The notes under the pieces are model-generated. The model saw only the letters and a list, made by a program, of their open reading frames with translations, was not told where the DNA came from and did not search any database. DNA of 64,000 nt, from the NCBI GenBank assembly GCA_951406725.2, contig OX597831.1:61194001-61258000 (forward strand). The letters are read 5' to 3'. Shown one piece after another: positions 53,431 through 64,000 of this stretch (position 1 is the stretch's first letter; each line of letters starts with the position of its first letter). Made by a program: the position numbers and the translations under genes. Source of the stretch: Octopus vulgaris. Taxonomy: Eukaryota.

Positions 53431-54355
53431 CTATGTATGTATGTATGTATGTATGTATGTATGTATGTATGTATGTATGTATGTATGTATGTATGTATGT
53501 ATGTATGTATGACGGTGGTATTTAAGTTGCGTCCCGTAACCCAGCTTATCAACAATTTGTATTTGCCCCTATGAATAGGATACTGAAATAATCGGAAGTT
53601 CGACTAGATCCTATAAGACGGATAGCGTCTCATCATGGAGTCGGTTCAATAACTGAAAAAGCAAAGGATAAGCTAACTTTTTAAAGGTAAGCATTAAAAC
53701 TTGGAAACTTAAAACATTTTATTACCTGTTATCAAACTAAGTCCACATATTTTGCTGGCATCCTAATGTCTCGGAAGACAATGTGGTTGCGCATAAACTA
53801 ATCCAGTCTGGTTTTTACATTTCGTGTCCTCCCCAGTTTCCTCTCTAGTTTTGCGCAGGCCTGGGCCAAATGTAAGAAAATCCTGGGTAGCCCGATCATC
53901 GGGATTAATCTCTCGATCTAGGTAACGTAGTCCAAAAGAGTGCAGAGCACCAGCTTGGTTGCAGGAGCTGCTGGAAGAGTGTCGAGTCGAACACTAAACC
54001 GCCTACGGGGCTCAAATCCAGATTTCTTTGAAGGTTGTCTCCTTTCCGTAACCCTGGATAGGGGCCCATGCTGGGTACTGTCAACCGGAGCCAGCTGAGC
54101 CTGGAACTCGTGTCAGGCTGGGTCGTCACTCCATGAAGTAGCGAAGAAAACGCTACACACTACCTATAAGTCCACTTAAGAGAACTCCAATTAACTACAG
54201 TTTTGATACTGGTTCATCAAAGATTGTTTTGAGACAAGAAGGAATATTCCAGAAGAACCGGAGGACTTGGACGTTTAACATCCCTTTGGTCCTTACTTCT
54301 TCTAGAATTGCTTTACTACTTCGGTAGTCTTGTGTCATTTGTTCAACTCGGTGGA

Positions 54356-56200
54356 ATGGAAAAAATTGAAGTGGACGTGTCTTTGAAGGATATTCCGATT
54401 CCATCTAAGGAGAAATTTTTGAAAGACCTGGTAATTAAAGCCACTGAATTTATTCATAGAATCAGACGAAAAACTTTTTATTTCGATAGAAGGATTGAGT
54501 GGTTAGATATTGATCAAGAAGTTAAAGAAAATATATATAAAAAATTGTTTAAACTATGAAATTTCCGCCTTTGAACACTCATCTTACCAGTTTTGAAATT
54601 GAATTATGGGACATCGTCAAAAACGTTAATGTTTTTTAAATTCCCCGTAGGGATAAGAAAAAACATTTATTAAAATTGAAATCGATTGTTTCTGACTTGA
54701 GTAAGAAAAAAAGCATCATTGTTTACTCTGATAAGACTGGAAATTTATATAATCTTGACTTGAATCTTCATCACTAGCTATTAAAAAAGGAAACTACCAA
54801 AACGTCTAAAATAGTTGATAAAAATGTTTTGAGGACTAATAATTTAATTGCTAAACGTATTATGGAATATAATCACCTGGATGATAGGACTAAACCATTT
54901 GTTCCTAAAAGATCTAAATTCCTTTTTAAAAGACCATAAGTATAATTTTTATAGTAACCCTACAGTGCGCACGACATGCCCTGGGAAATCAGATTTAGAA
55001 AAACTTAGTAAGGCTATTTTAGATAAGTATATTCCAATTCTCAAGGATGAAATTAAGTTGCATGTTTTGTCTAACTTTTATGAAGTTATTGATTGGTTCA
55101 AAAATATTGAAAATAAGGGTTCGAATAGATTTATTTAGATAGATTGTAATAGTCATTATTCTTCCATTAATCAAGTAGTTTTAAATAAGGACCTAATATT
55201 TGCTAAGAGCAATTCTAACTTAAGTATGGATGAAATTAAAATCATTTTTGCAGCTAGAAGATCTGTCATTGTATTTGAGAATAAGTTTTGGGAATAAGTT
55301 TCCAATACGATGGTTCTGATATTCCTATGGAAGCGGCAGATTCCGTCCAAATTACAGATATAGTAGGTATTTACATTTTGTTTAAGTTAGGGAATGATTT
55401 GCCGGAGCTTGCTGAGGGTTAATACCGAGATGACTCATTGTTCCCCGTTAGGAATGTTTCTAATAGGAAATTAGATCTATAAAGAAAGAAGTTTCACTGG
55501 TTTGCTTTTTAAATGCAATTTCTGTTTATCAATCATTATAGTAAATGAACATGAATCTGTTACCTTTTTTGATATTAACTTTAATTTGATTACTGGTATT
55601 TTCGAAGCTTATAATACGCCTAACTCTAATCTGAAATATATTAATTCAGGAAAAATCATCCTGGCTGTTGTAAGAAATTTCCGATTTACAATATTTCTAG
55701 GAGAATTTCTGCCTTATATTCATATAAGGAAGTTTTTGATAAGAATGTTGATTACTACAATATCGCCCTTAATAAGGCTGGTTACAATAGGAAAATTGAA
55801 TACATTGATATTTCTAACCCTGATAATATTGATCAATCGAACCCTACTTATATTGGATATGGATTTGATTTTAAATATTCTAAATCTAAATGGAAGGGTA
55901 AATATGGATCTGAAAATGCGCATAAAAACAAAGAGAACAATCCTTAACCCCAGTTAATAATGTTCATAAATATAACTGTAATTACGTGCTAAAAGTTAAT
56001 GATTGTAAGTTGGTCTATGAGGTTAATAAATTAGGTCATTCTAATTTAGTTTTGGACAAGAATAACATTATATGGTATATTATTCCATTTGCTGGTCAAT
56101 TAAAAAGTAACTTAGTTGGACCTGTTTATAAATTGTTTTTGAAACATTTTAATTCAAAAAAGTAGATACTGAGATTTTGACTCTGAGATCTTTTAAGGTT
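54356..56200 (+). mobile_element. Naiad-clade Penelope-like retroelement with degenerate RT, cut off before the GIY-YIG domain
   Basis: SLKDIPIPSKE...EFIHRIRRKTFYF, IIVYSDKTGNLY, LKDHK.NF.SNP.VR...P.KSDL..LSK.ILD, VIDWFKNI, G*YRDDSL, VTFFDINFNL and NIIWY..PF. The DKT and LKDHK motifs are what I associate with Naiad-type PLEs. Many stops and frameshifts. Confidence 0.82.
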
Positions 56201-56232
<32 letters not shown>

Positions 56233-56249
56233 GTTTCTAGGAATTTATT

Positions 56250-56845
<596 letters not shown>

Positions 56846-57879
56846 TGGGACAGTACTTATGCTTACAACAGTATAATAGTTTCCGACAAGACCTAGATTT
56901 AAGTTAGAATAGTGGTTTACAGCTGTAAAGGAGAGACATGTAAATGCTGCAGAATTTGGTGGAATAAAATGAAGCTTGAGATTCTTCATCCCCAGGAAAT
57001 GTTATTGTACCTGTAAAAGTAACGGATTGAGAAAACAACGTATGAGAGTTAGTATTTGTAGCATGCTGATGGGTATTCCTTATTTCTTTATTGCCCACAA
57101 GGGGCTCAACACAGAGTGGAAAAACAAGGTCAGACAAACGGATTAGGTCGATTATTTCGACCCCAGTGCGTAACTGGTACTTATTTCATCGACCCCGAAA
57201 GGATGAAAGGCAAAGTCGACATCGGCGGAATTTGAACTCAGAACGTAACGGCAGACGAAATACGGCTACGCATTTCGCCCGGTGTGCTAACGTTTCTGCC
57301 AGCTCGCCGCCTCAATGGATATTTCTGGTGGATATTTCTGTTTACACACACTTGTGATAGTGGTAAAATAAGCAGAGAGAAGGTATGTGTTTGGAAGAGA
57401 GGTGTTAATGTGTGAAACATTGTACAGGATATTAAAGTAGTAGTAGAATCGTTAAAAAGAAGACACTATGTTCTTTAGGAAAGTAGCTGCAGCACACTTA
57501 TTAGGAATTTATTCTAGAAGCTATTGTTGAAATGGTAGTACAGACAGTGAGAATTATCAGTAAAATTAATTGCTATTTCATGGCGCGGATCAATTTTCTT
57601 TTTTAAAAAATGTGGTTCTGCGATTCCTATGGGCAGCATAATTCACCGAGATATAATGGTTAAATCTCTCAAACGTTCGTAGTACCTAACAAGTCAGATA
57701 AACAATGTGCAAGCCAAAAGAAATAATTATTCTTGTACAATCGACATGGGCCTTGAAACAAAGATTATAGCTAATGTGCTAAGAAAATGGAACGAAAGAA
57801 CAGTGAATGACATAGAATTTCCGAATATAAAGAAAGAACAGTCAAACGTTGCATAAGCACAATGAAATGTCACTATATT

Positions 57880-58277
57880 GAATACGAGCAAAAGCCCCAC
57901 CCCCCGTCCAATGGACGGTGCTGAGTTGTCAAATATTATTTAAACCAAATTTTCTCAAGACAACTTGTCCGACCGTCCCATTGGCCTCTCTTTTGAGGAA
58001 CACTGATTTAGCCTAAATTTGAGACACCAGCAAAAAAAGAAATAAAGATAGACTTTTTTCTATTCCAAGAAAAACGATTTTACAAATGCACGTTCCCACG
58101 GCTTTATCAATCGCATTCACACCTGAAATCGATTTTTGTAATTTTTTCAAGACTTATACATGCCCTGATACCATCGGTATATACAAATCAAATTTGAGCG
58201 CAATCGGATGGAGGCTGCCCGAAATCCTAGAAGACACACACACACAGACAGACAGAACGGATTTTATATAATAGATA
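57880..58277 (-). mobile_element. Non-autonomous Helitron/DINE-like element
   Basis: The - strand begins ATCTATTATATAAAATCCGTTCTGTCTGTCTGTGTG. CAAATTTGAGCGCAATCGG motif on the + strand. The left boundary is approximate. Confidence 0.5.
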
Positions 58278-58860
58278 ATTCATAAGTAAGAATACATCAC
58301 GCCTCCCATATACTTTACTTCAAGTGCGTGAGTCTCTGTGCTTTTGTTTCTACTCCACCACCGTTTGACAACCGGTGTTGTTTCCTTTTCGTCTACGTAA
58401 CCTAGCGGTTAGGCAAAAGACATTGATAAACTAGGTATCAGATTTCGAAAATATACACTAAAAAATTAGTACTAGGGTCTATTGGTGATCCTAAAACCCT
58501 TGGTGGCGATGCCCCAGTGTGACCGCAGTCCCATAATTTAAACGATGGAAGATAAAGGATGAAAAATAAAACTAGAGACTTACCAAGAACAGACTCCTGT
58601 GAATACAGATGACAGATGTGTCACAATGTTAACAGAGAAAAACATCATTACTTGTTGCATCTCATGAGAAGAGTGTCTAAAATTATATCTAAACTAGAAA
58701 TTGATTAATTCTCAACCAACAAAAGCAGACGTAGTTTGTATCATACTGTGTATCTATCTATCTATCTATTTATTTATCTATCCATATCCCTCTCAATATG
58801 TGTGTGTCTACATACATACATATATTTTTATATATACATACATATACACACACATACATG

Positions 58861-58892
<32 letters not shown>

Positions 58893-58964
58893 GACGCCAT
58901 GATAGATCGTTAGCCACTACACACATTTTCTTCTCTCCTAGTTTCTCTCCTTGTTTTTTCTGTG

Positions 58965-59005
58965 TCCCTTTCTGTAGAATAGCGTAGGCTCGAAACGTAA
59001 AAGAC
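58965..59005 (+). ncRNA. Degenerate minimal hammerhead motif in a (TA)n-flanked repeat (about 58890-59092)
   Basis: CUUU-CUGUAGA-A-UAGC-GUAG-GCUC-GAAAC-GUA-AAAG. Core position A6 is U and stem II has one mismatch. Confidence 0.5.
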
Positions 59006-59089
59006 TTTTCTATTCCTGAGCGTTATACTAATACATCTATTTGTTTTGTACACCACCTGTCTTCGTCGTTTGTTTTTTTCGTAATCTCT

Positions 59090-59214
<125 letters not shown>

Positions 59215-59277
59215 ATATATATATGTATGTGTATATATATATATATGTATGTGTATATATATATATATGTATGTGTA

Positions 59278-59313
<36 letters not shown>

Positions 59314-59639
59314 TGTATGCATGTATGCATGTATGCATGTATGCATGTATGCATGTATGCATGTATGTATAACTAATAGAATTTATATTAACTGGCATTA
59401 CAGCGACAAAGAAAACAGGAGAAGCAGAATATAGAAAGTATAAGCAGAAAGAGAGAAGTTTGGTATAAAAAAAAAATTGACAAGATTGTGAACATTTGTT
59501 TAATTCATCATAACGTTGTCATTTTATGGTTCACAAATGCAACTGATGGTACATAGTATAACTTCATAATTATTGCAATAAAGAATAATTATATAATTTC
59601 ATCAAAGTCTGTTTCGATAGTAAATATATGTAAAATACT

Positions 59640-60130
59640 TCCATGATGTAAGTTACAAATGTAATTATAAACCCAGACAATCTTTAATAGCAGATGTGTT
59701 TTCTAAAAGACGATTTCTGCTTATTGAATAGACTGTTCTAGAAATCGAGGTACAAAGAATGCGCTTGAACTTTTAGTTGGTATTAAGGAAGATAGGATAA
59801 ATCCACTTGTAGTAGAATATTAAATGGAAGCACGAACATAACTCTAACGTTGCAGGGCTAAATTTGATAATAATTTTTGGCCGTATCTCAACGACAATGA
59901 GAGTTGATGTCGATCAATAAACAGACGTTATAGTTTTGGTCTTTCACGACAATGTCCTGCTTATTAGCTTTGATGGCACTGTCTTTATTGTACTGGATAG
60001 TCCCAAAGGATCGTTACATTTTTAGTCACAGCCTCAGGTTGGTGCTTGTCGAAAGTTTTGATTTTATAATGCCGACATATTAACCAGTGTAGATATTGGC
60101 CAACACTGACATAAGTCTTTTTTTATACTC
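59640..60130 (-). mobile_element. R4/Dong LINE endonuclease fragment
   Basis: VTILWDYPVQ...NKQDIVVKD....CLLIDI. Adjacent to (TAA)n. Confidence 0.75.
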
Positions 60131-60134
60131 TACT

Positions 60135-60242
60135 ATAATAATAATAATAATAATTATTATTATTATTATTATTATAATAATAATAATGATAATAATAAAA
60201 ATAATGATGATGATGATGATGATGATGATGATAATAATAATA

Positions 60243-60335
<93 letters not shown>

Positions 60336-60341
60336 AAGAAG

Positions 60342-60379
<38 letters not shown>

Positions 60380-60380
60380 C
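60135..60380. repeat. Compound microsatellite (AAT/TAT/GAT/AAG/AAC)n
   Basis: Directly visible. Confidence 0.95.
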
Positions 60381-60900
60381 GAGGCACTGCCTCAAATGGC
60401 TTCTGATCTTAACTGATTGGAATGTTATCCTTTACATAATTTGTCTTCGTATAAAAAGATGAGCTACTGCAAATATTCTGCTCAATACCACAGATTTGCT
60501 TGTCAGTTGCTTAATCTTGACGATTGAGCACGTCCCTTGGTGGCTGACGGTACGTGCGTCTCTGATCACGAGCATAAAAAAGCGGGGAGCATCATAGCCA
60601 TGTTTTGAGATGTGTTCTTTGTGGTTTAAAGAATCCACCTCTAGAAACATGGGTGCTTCGTTGAACATCCTCAAATGACCCTCGTTCAGGGATCTTTTGA
60701 GCGGGATGGGCTACTCAACCTGATGAAAATTCTAACTGGGTTCTACTGTAAGTTCCTGCGCAGTTCATCTTGATATGAGGTTATCATGTCGCGTCCCTAT
60801 GGTTGTGATGTATGTGCCTGGTTTACCCTCATCAGATTGGGCTTCTTATGCTTGTACCCAAGTGTCACTTTGATGACATGCTTTGTTCTCTCACTCAATA

Positions 60901-60929
<29 letters not shown>

Positions 60930-60932
<3 letters not shown>

Positions 60933-61045
60933 ATTAAGATTGAACTTGGACTTTCGAAATGTGGTACGGTGGTGATGAGACGAGGAAAGCTTGCCAGGAC
61001 AGAAGGCATATGGTTGTCAAGTGATGAAATGATGAAGTCATTTCA
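60930..61045 (+). mobile_element. Short R4/Dong RT fragment between trinucleotide tracts
   Basis: DIKIELGLSKCGTVVMRRGKLARTEGI.L (compare DI.MEFGL.KCA.....RGK....GI.L). Confidence 0.7.
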
Positions 61046-61076
61046 ATCTGCTGTCTCACTCAATAATAGTAATAAT

Positions 61077-61124
<48 letters not shown>

Positions 61125-61139
61125 TTGAAAGGATTGAGA

Positions 61140-62500
61140 TAACCCTTCACAAGGGTAAACAGTCAGGACGAAGAGCGCGATTCGATTACAATAGATATTT
61201 TATTGTTTCAACGATATATCGACAGTAAGCCTGTCTTTGTCGAGTTCAAAATAAGAGGTGATAAAAATTCAAAATAATAGAAATTTAAATTTAAAGCATT
61301 AACGAGAGAAACGAGCGTCCACACATTGATGGAAGGACATCATCAGTCTTTAAGTTTCAATTTTATAACAAGCGAAAAGAAAAAGACAGAAAAAAGAGAC
61401 AGAAAGAAAGAAGAAAGAAAAAAGAGAAAAGAAAAAAGAATATTCAATCAGTTTTGTATAAATTTGATGATATTCTCCTGTCATTTTATTCATTCCTCCA
61501 GGGCGTGATGTTAATAGCCCGCAAACATATATCTCTTCATATATTTTTAGAAGTGAAAGTGAAGCAGATTCAGAATATTTTCTGGGAATATGCACTTTCA
61601 AGTCTTTTTCAAAATCGCAGCCGCTTCAAGCAAAATGTTCAGCAAGTTCTGTCGAACTATTGTTATTGTGCCTGCCGTCATATCTCTACCCATTAATTAT
61701 TTTGTTTAAATGTTCAGTTGTTCAACCAACATAAATCAAGTTGTGTTTCGTGCATTCTGTCGCGTACACCAAATAGGAATCTCTGCATGTCCAATCTTCT
61801 GTGTAAATAATAACATTTCTGCTGTGATTCCCGATGGAATTCACTTGACCCATGTTGTTGCACAATGAACAGGGCTTACCTCTCTTGCGGCTATTTTTCA
61901 AAGCACAGCGTGCAGATACTCCAATGTTCGTTTTCTTAGAGTTAGAAATAGAGGTCAATAATTCTCTTATATTCTTATTTCGTCTAAAGGCTACAATAGC
62001 CGACTGAGGAAATATCTGCTTGAAACGAGGATATGTTTTCGCCACATGCTGGTAGATTGTCAGCAACACTTTTGAAATGCCAGCGAAATTTCGGTGGCAG
62101 TTAATCACTAAAGGAATTCTGTCATCTATTGAATTCTGGTTGCTAAAATTATGCGTGATGGTTTGACTATCTTTGCCTGTCTTAGCTATTTCTTTTAATC
62201 GTGATTCACTATAATCGCGTTTGACACAATGATGTACAAAAGCATTTGCATGTTGCCAGTAATCTCTTATGTCAGTACAAATCTGTTTTATCCTCAAAAA
62301 TTGCGATTTCGTATTTGTCCGAATAATGTGATGTGGATGATCGGAGTAGTGGTGGAGATAAATGGGGGATGACGTGGGCTTGTAAAATAACTCTGTCACT
62401 ATTCTGCCTCTAGAAAATTTAACTTTTGTGTCCACAAATTCAACGATTCTTTTTGAAAAACTAGACGTAAATTTTATGTTGGGCTTAAAGCCATAGATTT
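61140..62500 (-). mobile_element. Penelope-like element (Neptune-like): RT thumb, Cys-rich linker and GIY-YIG endonuclease
   Basis: ORF 61722-62525: NIKFT...VEFVDTKV...TELFYKPTSSPIYLHHYSDHPHH...KSQFLRIKQIC...AFRRNKNIRELL...CSLC...TC.DSYLVYA.EC..HNLIYVG. Confidence 0.9.
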
Positions 62501-62519
62501 TAGCACAACAGCCAGAGAA

Positions 62520-62675
62520 ATGCAAGAAGCTATTTAAACTATACTGTCGACCCTATTGATGGCTTTAGATTCATCTAACTTGAACAGAGCCCCACCTTCG
62601 TTACTCACCCTCTATGATGTAGCACATGAGGTGGAGGTTGTCGTGAATAGCTCTGGTTGGGATGGTGCATGTTTT
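62520..62675 (-). mobile_element. L1/Tx1-clade RT fragment
   Basis: TCTIPTRAIHDNLHLMCYIIE/GGALFKLDESKAINRVD (compare QTC.VPGR.I.DNL.L.R.II...LDQ.KAFDRV). Confidence 0.75.
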
Positions 62676-64000
62676 ATAAGGCATAATAACTAGAAAATAT
62701 GAAAAATATGCCATTGGCAAGCGGCAAACAATACTGCAAATTTAGAGATAAGAATGAATTTAAAGAATGAAGCTCCTCTGTATTGGGAAAGGTGATGATA
62801 AGGTACTGCCTTTTTCCACTCTCTTTCTCTACGGTGCTAAAAGTCTTATCCAACGTGTTAATCAAGAACTAAATAACAGTATTCTTAACATCTGCATCGT
62901 ACAACTTGGTTGTTGCGAATTAACTCAATTTGCACACTGCAAATGATAAACAACTAAAAATACAGAATGGAGAAATTGATAAGTAATTCTTTCAATAGAA
63001 AATACAAAAATTAAGAACATTAATACCAAGCTTCAACAATAAATTTGGATAATTACCCCTAATACGAAAATAGATAATTTAGAAATAATAAACTAGAAAG
63101 TCTATGACATGTACAAATGATGTAATTGGTAAATAAGGACTAATATAGACTGATATTATAACACGTAAAGCAGAGCTAGATCTACCGGTTTGATAACAGA
63201 TATCCGTACTCTAACTGTCCCTGAAATATCTAATCGTTAGAATATTGCCCACTAGGTGCTAAATAAATTAACCAGGCTAGATAGAAAAGCAAGCAATAAC
63301 TGCATTGAGAATTCATCCCATCTCGTGCAAAAATATTAGGCTTGCCAGCCATACAGTTAGTAGAGGCTTTGTGGAACTGGAAATATATTATAAACTCTCC
63401 TCTGTAGGATTAAAGTGATTCTGGTAAAGAAACTGCCAAACAAGTTCAAACAGCTGCTACAAATCACAAATAAAACCAAATCTATTTACAAAGACGCCAA
63501 AAACTACAAAGGAGAGGCTGAAATCACAGATAATTATGAAGATAAAAAAAAAGAAAAGTAGCAAGGGTCACTTGGCTTATTCCTATAGATAGAAGGCAAC
63601 CTGGCCTTCCGTTTAGTTGTAAATGTTTCTATTTTAAATTTTATAGATCCCTTTGTTTTTTGTACTGTCAAGATATTTTCTTTCTAGTTTGCAGCTTCTT
63701 GTGTTGTTTTAGAATCTAAATATGTTGATATGTTATATATTGCTTTCATGTACATGTTCTGTGAAATGCTTATGTGTTGTTCAATAATTCTTTGTTGTTT
63801 TTATCTATGGCGGTATAGTTTATGATGTCTGCTGGCGCTATTCTTGTCGTTTGTTTAAGGGCAAACTGAACTGTGTTGATTGGCAGGAGAATTGTTGCTT
63901 GTACTGTATTCTCTCATCAAATCATCCAGCTTTTTTGTGAGCACATATTTCTTTCGTCTTATTTTCTTTTTCTTTCTCTTCTTGTAGGTATATTCGTTCT

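Noticed and set aside
56904-57010. Candidate first exon of pseudogene B after a good acceptor (TTACTTTTACAG)
   Set aside because: No frame resembles MCT TM1. Exon 1 of copy B was not found in the window.
61190-61250. Hammerhead in the 3' region of the Neptune-like element
   Set aside because: A GACAG/CTGTC stem is present, but both core strands are too degenerate to call.

Overview
AT-rich, repeat-dominated animal genomic DNA, most likely octopus (inferred from the SINE families and dense microsatellites, not confirmed). I found no intact protein-coding gene; most entries in the ORF track are translated microsatellites or transposon fragments. The only host-gene content is two decayed, intron-containing SLC16/monocarboxylate-transporter (MCT-like MFS) pseudogenes facing each other: a + strand copy (about 17.3-22.8 kb) and a - strand copy (about 33.7-52.1 kb), separated by a 100-N gap. 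The rest is transposon debris: R4/Dong, RTE and Tx1-like LINEs, a mariner, an internally deleted Gypsy element, Helitrons (one with canonical A|TC...CTAG|T ends), Penelope-like elements of several clades including Naiad-type, tRNA-derived SINEs and fold-back palindromes. The most notable hidden layer is a set of minimal hammerhead-ribozyme motifs from several unrelated repeat families, including a tandem pair 391 nt apart and a variant whose conserved C3-G8 core pair is swapped to G3-C8. All calls were made by eye, without alignments, folding or database searches.
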